Shown: piece after piece, positions 56,322-64,000 of the stretch
Layout of the letters: each line of letters begins with the position of its first letter
Numbering within the stretch: the first letter of the stretch is position 1
Origin: an uncultured Gemmatimonadales bacterium
GTDB lineage: Bacteria > Gemmatimonadota > Gemmatimonadetes > Gemmatimonadales > GWC2-71-9
Length of the DNA stretch: 64,000 nt
Assembly: GCA_963730185.1 (NCBI GenBank)
Contig: CAVSQW010000008.1
Span: 320,001-384,000, forward strand
Direction of reading: 5' to 3'
Position numbers and translations under genes: made by a program
The notes under the pieces: model-generated
Database searches by the model: none
Told to the model about the DNA's origin: nothing
The model's input: only the letters and a program-made list of their open reading frames with translations

Positions 56322-58307
56322 TCACGATTCCCAATTCACGACCCCAAATCCCAGCCGGCTCCCGAACGGCCCCAACAACCGCCGTCCCTCCGGGTCGGCC
56401 GATTGCATGAACCGGTAGTATCGGGTCTGGGCGTCGAACGGGACGTGCTCTCCCTCGAGGCCCAAGAGGTCCAGGGCTCGGTTGAGCCGCTCCACCAGTC
56501 CCGGCGTCAGGTCGGCCTGGCGCTCCGGCACCAGCCGGGTCAGGGCCGTCGACAGGACCTCCGGGTAGCGCTCCGATCCTTGCGCCAGGCGCACCAGGTC
56601 TTCGGCTGAGAGCACGCTGCGGAGTGCCTCCCGGCGGAGGGTCTCGCGCACCACGTCTCGTTCCCGTTCGGGGAAGGCTTCGAGCGTCAGGGTTCGCCGG
56701 TCGTCCGTCCCGTCGCTCACCAGGTCCACTTCGAGCCCGAAGGCCCCGACGCGGTGAGCGGACGCCTGGAACCGGGTGACCCGGCCGGTGCGCCGGTGCT
56801 GGACCTGCACCGATTCGCCCTGGGCGCCGACCAGGAACCGGCCGACGACCGGGAGCGCCCGCTCCGGCGCCACGCTCCGGACCGCGGCGAATCCGGCGGC
56901 GACGCGCTCGTCGCCCCGCCACCGCGGCTTGACCCGGGTCAGGTAAAGGTCGGCCGCGGTGCCGGCCTTGGGGTCGTTGCTCCGGGCATGGGCCAGCCGC
57001 TCGAGCAGCCCGCGTTCGAGTCGCTCGGCTTCGGGACCGGCCAGCGCGATCGCCCGGGCGGCGTACTTGAGGATCTGCAGCGTCTCGATCCCGGCGACGT
57101 CGTCGAAGAACCAGCCGCATGAGGTGAAGGTGCGGAGCGTGTTCCGCTCGAGTTCGAGCAGCTCCCGGGCCCGGACCGGCAGGTCGCTGGGCGCGCCGGT
57201 GATGGCGTACGCGGTGCGGGCCGACCAGGGGTCGGGAAAGAAGGGGCGGGCCTCCTGGTCGTAGAGGGCGTGCACCTCGGTCGCGAGCCACTCGAGTCCG
57301 GCCCGGAGCGGCGCGCGCCAGGCCTGGCTGGTCCCGTCATGCACCCGGCAGCCGCAGTCGCTCCGCCAACGCTCCACCCCGTGGGCGCAGCTCCAGGCGC
57401 TCGGCTCCACCAGGGTGATCTCGTGCTCGGCCGGGTTCCGGGCCAGAAAGGAGGCGTAGTTGTCGATCCGGACGTCGGGGTGGGTCTGGAGCTTGGCGAT
57501 CGTGGCCGCCAGCGCCATTTCGCCGAACCGGTGATGGTGCCCGAACGTCTCGCCGTCGGTGGCCATCGAACGGAGCAGCGGGCCCGACGGCGGCAGCTCG
57601 GGCTCGAGGATCCGGGCCATCCAGAGGTCGGCGTCGCGGACCAGTGGTCCGAACGCGATGTCGTGCGAGAGCGCCCCGTCATAGACGAAGATCGCGATCC
57701 GCCGGCCCTGGCCGGTCCGATAGAGGCCCGGCCGCCCGGCCGGCGGCGCCATGGCCACCTGACCCGGCGCCACGATCGTGAACGCGATCCCTTCGGCGGC
57801 CGCGGCGTCCAGGGTCTCGTCGTCGATCGCGGTCTCCGGGAGCCAGATCCCCACCGGGTCGCGGCCGAACCGTCGCCGGAAGTCCGCGATCCCGGCTCGG
57901 ATCTCGGTGACCTTGTCCTGGCGGGACGCGAGCGGGAGGATGATGTGGTGGTAGGGCATGGCGATCGCGTTGCCGTACCCCCCGGTGCGGCTCCGGCTCT
58001 CCCGGTCCGCGGCCAGAAACGCCTGATAGGTCGACGGCGCCGCGTGCTCCAGCCATTCCAGCAAGGTCGGCCCCACGTCGAAGCTGATCCAGGAGAGCGT
58101 GTTGACGATCGCTCGGATCCGGCCCTCGGCGTCCGGGACCCGCGCGGCCACCACCGTCCGGTAGCACTCCCGCTCGATCCGCTCGTTCCAGTCGTGCCAC
58201 GGAGCCGCGCTCGGCTCCCGCTCCAGCAGGTCGAGCGAGGGGTCTTCCCGGGGCGGCTGGTAGAAGTGCCCGTGGATGATCGCCGCCCGGCGCGGCACCG
58301 CGGTCAT
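56322..58307 (-). CDS. GH57-family glycoside hydrolase with DUF3536
   Basis: IHGHFYQPPRE, WLPETA, ATDGETFGHH, WSCAHGVERW and FTSCGWFFD. Confidence 0.9.
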   Translation of the reverse strand: MTAVPRRAAIIHGHFYQPPREDPSLDLLEREPSAAPWHDWNERIERECYRTVVAARVPDAEGRIRAIVNTLSWISFDVGPTLLEWLEHAAPSTYQAFLAADRESRSRTGGYGNAIAMPYHHIILPLASRQDKVTEIRAGIADFRRRFGRDPVGIWLPETAIDDETLDAAAAEGIAFTIVAPGQVAMAPPAGRPGLYRTGQGRRIAIFVYDGALSHDIAFGPLVRDADLWMARILEPELPPSGPLLRSMATDGETFGHHHRFGEMALAATIAKLQTHPDVRIDNYASFLARNPAEHEITLVEPSAWSCAHGVERWRSDCGCRVHDGTSQAWRAPLRAGLEWLATEVHALYDQEARPFFPDPWSARTAYAITGAPSDLPVRARELLELERNTLRTFTSCGWFFDDVAGIETLQILKYAARAIALAGPEAERLERGLLERLAHARSNDPKAGTAADLYLTRVKPRWRGDERVAAGFAAVRSVAPERALPVVGRFLVGAQGESVQVQHRRTGRVTRFQASAHRVGAFGLEVDLVSDGTDDRRTLTLEAFPERERDVVRETLRREALRSVLSAEDLVRLAQGSERYPEVLSTALTRLVPERQADLTPGLVERLNRALDLLGLEGEHVPFDAQTRYYRFMQSADPEGRRLLGPFGSRLGFGVVNWES

Positions 58308-59986
58308 GCGGGGAGCGGGGCGGTTTCGCGGGACGCCACCGCGACCGAGGCGAGGATGTCGGGGAAGACCTCGTTCCGGCGCCCCAGCGCAGCCGCCAGG
58401 TCCTGGGCCGCGACCCTGGCCGGCCCGTCGGTGTCGATCGCCGCCAGCAGGCGGGCGCAGTTCTCGGCATGCTCGAGGAAGCGTCGGCTCGCGTAGTCGG
58501 CGGCGGTCGCACTCGAGATGATGAACTGCCAATCCGAGCTCTGGGCCAGCACCAGCTCGCGGGCCGCCTGGGCGAGCAGGACGTGCGATGCCGGTTCGGC
58601 CAACCCTCGAGAGACGGTGTCCCAGAACTGGTGTTCCAGAGCCCACAGGCGAAGCCAAGTCCACTCTGTCTCCGGGTTGAGCCACTTGCTGAAGTCGCCG
58701 TTGGTGCCCCAGGAGCCCGGGACGAGCTCCGCGGTCGCGCTGGCCGGGTGCCGGCCCAGGTGGGTCGACGCGGTCGTCGGCCGGATCACCCGGTCCTCCG
58801 CCAGGGTCCGGAACACGTCGGTCAGGAAGTCGACGCCCTCGAACCACCAGTGGCCGAAGAGCTCGGTGTCGAACGGCGCCACGACCACGTCCCCGTCGTC
58901 CCGCTCCTCGGCCACGATCCGGTGGAGCACCTCCCGGTAGTGACGGGCATGCTCCCGAGCTCGGGCTCGCGCGGCGTTCGGGTCGTAGGGCTGCTTCCCG
59001 CCCAAATCCACGGCCGGATGGGTCACCCGCCAGAGCTTGAGCCCCCCGGGAAAGCGGATCTTGTGGAACTCCAGATACTCCCCGTCGCCCGGGTAGCCCT
59101 GATGGCGGCTCCAGACCTGGCGTGAGGAGCGCGGATCGCGGACCAGGGCCGCCACGGCCGGCGTACCCGGCTGGGGATCGATCCGGTACGCCCGGTGGGG
59201 CGACCGCACGGCGGGAAGGCCAAGCGGCTCCTCCGCCACCAGCATCGGGCCGCCGGGGAAGTCGGCTTCCGGATAGAGGCCCAGCGTGCGGCCAGCTTGG
59301 GCCAGGTGCGCGTCGGTGAAGAAATACCGGAAGCCGGCCCGACCGAGATGCGCCTCGATCCCGGCGCGGTCCGCCGCGGAGGGAGCGGCCGGGTGCGGTT
59401 GCCAGGGGCCGCGCGGCCGGTAGGCGCATTCGGGCAGCCAGCATCCCCGCGGCGCCACGCCGAAGAGCCGCTGGTGCTCGGCCCGCCCCAGCGCCAGCTG
59501 GAGCCGGACGCTCTCGTCGCGGGCGAGGAGCGGCAGAAACGCATGGGTGGCGGCCGAGCTCATGATTTCGATCCGCTCGGACGCTTCATGGCGGCGGAAG
59601 GCCCGGACCAGGTCGCCGTCCACCCGCTCGAACAGGCGGAGTAGCCGGTGCAGGCGCCCGCGCCAGTACTCGGCGATCGGAACGAGATGGCGCTCGCCCT
59701 CGGTCGTGAGCTCCGCCACGGCGGCGTCGCACGCCTCGAACCGCTGGGCGACGAAGGCCTCGAGCTCGCCGGCGAAGGTCGGGCTGGCGAGCTGGTTGGC
59801 GAGGATCGGTGTGATGCCGAGCGTGAGCGGGCTCGGCACACCCGCAATCTCGAGCCCGTTCAGGGCCTCGAGCAGGGGCAGGTAGGTATCGATCGCCGCT
59901 TCCGAGAGCCAATCGCTGCCGTGGGGCCACCGCCCATGATTCAGCACGTAGGGCAGATGGCTGTGGAGCGCCAGCACGAAGTCCAT
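58304..59986 (-). CDS. GH57 1,4-alpha-glucan branching enzyme (DUF1957)
   Basis: LHSHLPYV, WLPECAY, APFDTELFGHWWFEG and ARELVLAQSSDWQF. Confidence 0.9.
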   Translation of the reverse strand: MDFVLALHSHLPYVLNHGRWPHGSDWLSEAAIDTYLPLLEALNGLEIAGVPSPLTLGITPILANQLASPTFAGELEAFVAQRFEACDAAVAELTTEGERHLVPIAEYWRGRLHRLLRLFERVDGDLVRAFRRHEASERIEIMSSAATHAFLPLLARDESVRLQLALGRAEHQRLFGVAPRGCWLPECAYRPRGPWQPHPAAPSAADRAGIEAHLGRAGFRYFFTDAHLAQAGRTLGLYPEADFPGGPMLVAEEPLGLPAVRSPHRAYRIDPQPGTPAVAALVRDPRSSRQVWSRHQGYPGDGEYLEFHKIRFPGGLKLWRVTHPAVDLGGKQPYDPNAARARAREHARHYREVLHRIVAEERDDGDVVVAPFDTELFGHWWFEGVDFLTDVFRTLAEDRVIRPTTASTHLGRHPASATAELVPGSWGTNGDFSKWLNPETEWTWLRLWALEHQFWDTVSRGLAEPASHVLLAQAARELVLAQSSDWQFIISSATAADYASRRFLEHAENCARLLAAIDTDGPARVAAQDLAAALGRRNEVFPDILASVAVASRETAPLPA

Positions 59987-59988
59987 GC

Positions 59989-61530
59989 TCACTCGGCCCG
60001 CGCCTCGGTCGGCCCCCCGTTCAGTCCGGCCACCACCCGGCGGTACACCTCGAGGTACGACCGGACCGAGCGGTCCCAGCTGAAGTCCCGGGCCATCGCG
60101 GCCTGCACCATGCGGTGCCACTCGCCCGGGTTGGCGTAGCAATCGAGCCCCCGGAGCGCCGCCCCGAAGAGCGGTTCGGGATCGTAGGGCGTGAAGACGA
60201 ATCCGGTCACCCCGTCGTCGACGGTGTCGGCCAGGCCGCCCACTCGGCGGACGATCGGCGCGACGCCGTAGCGCTGGGCCCGCATCTGGGTCAGGCCGCA
60301 GGGCTCGTATTGACAGGGCATGAGCAGGAAGTCGGCCCCGCCCATCAAATGGTGCTCGATGGCGTCCGTGAAGTTCGTGTCGACGGCCACCCGGTCGGGC
60401 GCGGTGGCGGCGACGGCGCGGAGTGCGTTCTCGAACCGGGGCTCGCCCCGGCCGATGAAGATGAATTGGCCGTCCAGTCGGAAGATCGACGGCTCGCCCA
60501 GCACGAGGTCGAGCCCTTTCTGAGTAACCAGTCGCGCCGCCATGCTGAAGATCGGGATCTGGGGATCCTGCCGGAGCCCGAATCGCTCCTGGAGGGCGGC
60601 CTTGCAGATGGCTTTGCCTGCGAGATCGGCGGCCGAGAAGTTCGCCACGATACCGGTGTCGGTCTCGGGATCCCACTCCTCCAGGTCGAGGCCGTTCAGG
60701 ATCCCGGTGAAGCGGCTTCCCATCGACGTGAACACGCCCTGGAGCCCGAACCCGCCGTCCGCGGTCCGGAGCTCCTTGGCGTGGTTGGGGCTCACCGTCA
60801 CGGCGGCGTCGGCAAAGGCCAGCCCGGCCTTGAGCAGGTTGACCTTGCCGTACCACTCCAGCTGGCGCCAGTTGAAGAGCTCCCACGGGAGCCCGAGCTC
60901 GGGCAGCACGGTCGGCGGATAGTGTCCCTGGTAGCCGGCGTTGTGGACGGACAAGACCGTGGCCAGCCGGGCATAACGCGGGTCGGCGGCGAAGCTGGTG
61001 CGGGCGTAGGTGAGCGCGAGCGCCGCGTGCCAGTCGTGGGCGTGCAGCAGGATCGGGCCCTCGGCGATCTGGGGCAGCGCCCGGGCGGCGGCCCGGGCGA
61101 AGCAAGCGTAGCGGATGTGGTTGTCCGGATAGTCGCCCCGGCGGTCGCCGTAGAGGTCGGGCCGGTCGAAGAACTGATCGTGCTCGATGAAGTAGAGCCG
61201 GGTGTCGGCCGGTGCCTCGCGCTCGGTCAGGAGCCGGACCGTCTCCCGGCGGTCTCCCAGCCGGATCTCGAGAGGCGGGCCGACCGCCACCAGTTCGCCG
61301 GCCTTCTTCCGGGCCGAGCGGTGGAGCGGCATGATGGCGGCGGTGCGGACTCCGGCGCGCGACTGGAACCGGGCCAGGTTCGCGACCGCTTCCGCCAGGC
61401 CGCCGGCCCGGGCGTAGGGGTAGTACTCGGCGGCGACGTGCACGACCGTGACCGGCTCGCCCGCCCGACTCGCCAGGGCGGAGTGGGGGAGCCGGTCGCG
61501 GGTCGAAGAGCGCCGCTCGGACTCGTTCAT
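59989..61530 (-). CDS. glgA: Glycogen synthase (GT5)
   Basis: RAGGLA, HAHDWH, HNAGYQG, RLVTQKG, YEPCGLTQM and VGGLADTV. Confidence 0.9.
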   Translation of the reverse strand: MNESERRSSTRDRLPHSALASRAGEPVTVVHVAAEYYPYARAGGLAEAVANLARFQSRAGVRTAAIMPLHRSARKKAGELVAVGPPLEIRLGDRRETVRLLTEREAPADTRLYFIEHDQFFDRPDLYGDRRGDYPDNHIRYACFARAAARALPQIAEGPILLHAHDWHAALALTYARTSFAADPRYARLATVLSVHNAGYQGHYPPTVLPELGLPWELFNWRQLEWYGKVNLLKAGLAFADAAVTVSPNHAKELRTADGGFGLQGVFTSMGSRFTGILNGLDLEEWDPETDTGIVANFSAADLAGKAICKAALQERFGLRQDPQIPIFSMAARLVTQKGLDLVLGEPSIFRLDGQFIFIGRGEPRFENALRAVAATAPDRVAVDTNFTDAIEHHLMGGADFLLMPCQYEPCGLTQMRAQRYGVAPIVRRVGGLADTVDDGVTGFVFTPYDPEPLFGAALRGLDCYANPGEWHRMVQAAMARDFSWDRSVRSYLEVYRRVVAGLNGGPTEARAE

Positions 61531-63692
61531 GGCGCCGGGGGCCGGTCGACGATCGGATCCCGCCGCATGGCGGGCACGTAATACTGGTCGATGTACGAGA
61601 GGAGCATCCGGCGGGCCGTGAACCGGCTCATCGCTACCCGCATCGCGCTCCGCATCCGGTCCACCCAGCCGAGCGGGACACCGTGCTGATCGCGGTCGTA
61701 GTAGAGGGGAAGGATCTCTTCCTCGAGCAACCGGTACACGTGGTCGACGTCCGAGAGGTCCGCCTCCTCCGGATCGTCGAGCGTGGGCGGGTAGGGAATG
61801 GCCCAACCGTTGGTGCCGTCGTAACCCTCTTCCCACCAGCCGTCGATCGTGGCCAGCTGCGGCACCCCGTTCAAGGCCGCCTTCATGCCGCTGGTGCCAC
61901 AGGCTTCCAGCGGCACCCGGGGCAGGTTGAGCCAGAGATCCACCCCCTGCACCAGGCCGGAGGCCAGGTACATGTCGTAGTCCTCCAGAAAGGCCACCCG
62001 GCCCTCGAAGAACGGATCGTGGGTGAACCGGTACACCTGCTGGAGAATCTCCTTGCCCGGGTTGTCCGCCGGGTGGGCTTTGCCGGAGAAGATGATCTGG
62101 ACCGGCCGCCGCTTGTCGCAGAGCAGCCGGTGGAGCCGGTCGGGGTCGCGAAAGAGGAGCGAGGCGCGCTTGTAGGTGGCGAACCGCCGGGCGAAGCCGA
62201 TCGTCAGCGCGTACGGGTGGAGTAACGTGCCCGCCGCCACCACCTGGTTCGCCGACTCCCACTGCGCCGCGAACCGCTTCCGGGCCTCCTCCCGGATGAA
62301 GCCCATGAAGGCGCCCTTCAGCTGGTGATGGGTGAACCAGAGATCGGCCGGATCGATCTGCCCGATCTGATCCCAGAGCCCGGGATCCTCCAGCCGGTTC
62401 CCCCAGTCCGGACCCACCCGCCGGTCGAGCAGCGCCATGATCTCGTTGGCCATCCAGGTGGCGAGATGGACGCCGTTGGTGACCGAGCCGATCGGGACGT
62501 CGTCATTGGGGAGCGTCGGCCAGAGTGGCTGCCAGATCTCGCGTGATACCTTGCCGTGCCGCTTCGAGACCCCGTTGACCCGGGCCGAGAGCCGGATCGC
62601 CAGCACGGTCATCTGGAAGCGCGAGTCGCCGTTCGCCACGTGCCGGCCGAGATTGAGGAACGTCTCCCGATCGATCCCCATCTGCTCCCACATCGGACCG
62701 CTGCACGACTCGAAGTGCTCGGCGTCGAATGCGTCGTGGCCCGCCGGCACCGGGGTATGGGTGGTGAAGAGCGAGGTGGCCCGGACCTCGTCGACCGCCT
62801 GGGCGAACGGCATCCCCGCCACCGTCAGCTCCCGGATCCGCTCCAGCAGCATGAACGAGGCATGGCCTTCATTGGCGTGCCAGACGCCCGGGTCGATGCC
62901 CACCGCCCGCAGGACCCGCACCCCGCCGACGCCGAGGAGCCACTCCTGCCGGAGCCGCATGTCCGGTCCCCCGGCGTAGAGCTTGTTGAGCAGGGTGCGG
63001 TCTTCCGGGTCGTTTTCTTCCAGGTTGGTGTCGAGCAGGTAGAGCGGGATCCGCCCCACCCGCATGGTCCAAACCCGGACGCGGACCGGCCGGCCGAAGG
63101 TCTCGACCGTCGTGAGGTGGGGCTCGGCCTCGGGGCCGCGGAGCTCGAGCAGCGGCGTCAGCACCGGGTCGACGTGATCGTCGCTGTCCTCCTGCCACCC
63201 GTCGGCCCGGAGCCGCTGGTCGAAGTAGCCCTTCATGTAGCTCAGGCCGATCCCCACGAACGGCAGGCCGAGGTCGGAGGCCGTCTTGCAGTGATCGCCG
63301 GCGAGGATCCCGAGCCCGCCGCTATAGATCGGGACCGAGTTGTGGAGCCCGAACTCGGCGCAGAAATAGGCGACCGGCCGATCGGCCAACGACGGATACC
63401 GCCGGGCGAACCAGGTCCGGTCGCGGCGCCGATCGTCGGCCATCCACTCCATCACCGCGTCGTACCGCCCGAGAAAGTCCGGATCCTGGGCCAGCCGCTC
63501 GAGCCGGGAGGGCAGCACCTCGCGGAGCAGCGCGATCGGGTTGTGATGGGTCTCGCGCCAGAGCGGCGGGTCGATGGACCGGAGCAACGATCGCGCGTCG
63601 CGATTCCAGCTCCAGGACAGATTCGTGGCCAGGGCGGCGAGCCCTTCGAGGCGAGGAGGAAGGATCGAGATTTTCTGCCTGAGCAGTGTCAT
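61527..63692 (-). CDS. glgP: Alpha-glucan phosphorylase
   Basis: AYFCAEFG..YSGGLGILAGDH, FARRFATYKR and EACGTSGMKA. Confidence 0.93.
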   Translation of the reverse strand: MTLLRQKISILPPRLEGLAALATNLSWSWNRDARSLLRSIDPPLWRETHHNPIALLREVLPSRLERLAQDPDFLGRYDAVMEWMADDRRRDRTWFARRYPSLADRPVAYFCAEFGLHNSVPIYSGGLGILAGDHCKTASDLGLPFVGIGLSYMKGYFDQRLRADGWQEDSDDHVDPVLTPLLELRGPEAEPHLTTVETFGRPVRVRVWTMRVGRIPLYLLDTNLEENDPEDRTLLNKLYAGGPDMRLRQEWLLGVGGVRVLRAVGIDPGVWHANEGHASFMLLERIRELTVAGMPFAQAVDEVRATSLFTTHTPVPAGHDAFDAEHFESCSGPMWEQMGIDRETFLNLGRHVANGDSRFQMTVLAIRLSARVNGVSKRHGKVSREIWQPLWPTLPNDDVPIGSVTNGVHLATWMANEIMALLDRRVGPDWGNRLEDPGLWDQIGQIDPADLWFTHHQLKGAFMGFIREEARKRFAAQWESANQVVAAGTLLHPYALTIGFARRFATYKRASLLFRDPDRLHRLLCDKRRPVQIIFSGKAHPADNPGKEILQQVYRFTHDPFFEGRVAFLEDYDMYLASGLVQGVDLWLNLPRVPLEACGTSGMKAALNGVPQLATIDGWWEEGYDGTNGWAIPYPPTLDDPEEADLSDVDHVYRLLEEEILPLYYDRDQHGVPLGWVDRMRSAMRVAMSRFTARRMLLSYIDQYYVPAMRRDPIVDRPPAP

Positions 63693-63770
63693 GCGCTCGT
63701 CGGGTTTGGGCACGATACCCCGGGGCGAAAGCCCCGGAAGCCACTCGGAAAGTGCCGGGGGGTGGCGGTT

Positions 63771-64000
63771 GGGACAAGGAGAGACGGGGAGGGACAGGGG
63801 GAGACGGGGGGAGACGGGGAGGGACGGGGAGAGACGGCGAGGGACGGCGAGACGGCGAGACGGCGAGACGGCCGGCGCCTGCAGTCGGAGGCGGGGGACA
63901 GACGGGCCCACTGCTCGTCCGACCTCGTCGGTCCTCGTGTCTCCTCGTCCCCCCGTCCCTCCCCGTCTCCCCCCGTCCCTCCCCGTCCCTCCCCGTCCCC
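63771..64000. repeat. Decamer repeats (GAGACGGGGA-like) and their inverted C-rich copies
   Basis: G-rich run at about 63771-63871; complementary CCCCGTCCCT/CCCCGTCTCC run from about 63950 to the window end. Confidence 0.8.

Overview
High-GC, gene-dense bacterial chromosomal window. Gene content (SusC/SusD pair, DUF5916 barrel, BTAD-TM-TPR regulator) suggests Gemmatimonadota, which is an inference only. No rRNA, tRNA, CRISPR array or transposase was recognised. The most notable region is a ~15 kb redox island (3.7-18.7 kb) with two divergent modules. (i) A minus-strand operon encodes a Tat-exported NapA-like molybdoenzyme whose Mo-ligating Cys position holds Tyr, a 5-heme NapB-like cytochrome, a 4-heme lipoprotein, an NrfC-like Fe-S protein missing one Cys, an NrfD-family membrane anchor and an SPFH protein. 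(ii) A plus-strand porin-cytochrome cluster encodes a 9-heme lipoprotein, a 20-heme NapC/NirT-anchored cytochrome, a predicted beta-barrel and a 16-heme cytochrome (42 CxxCH plus 3 CxxSGCH motifs), a candidate extracellular electron-transfer conduit. The rest of the window holds trehalose genes (GH15, otsA), a PaoABC/YagTSR-like molybdoflavoenzyme, peptidases, GDPD and histidine catabolism genes (frameshifted hutU, hutI, bifunctional ftcd) bracketing a SusCD pair. It also holds a Tat amidase, secreted proteins opposite a membrane-bound SARP/BTAD regulator, a Cys/Thr proline-racemase-family dehydratase, aguAB and a glgP-glgA-GH57-GH57 glycogen operon. Two families of purine-skewed short repeats sit at gene ends. 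All calls were made by eye from motifs; no database searches were run.
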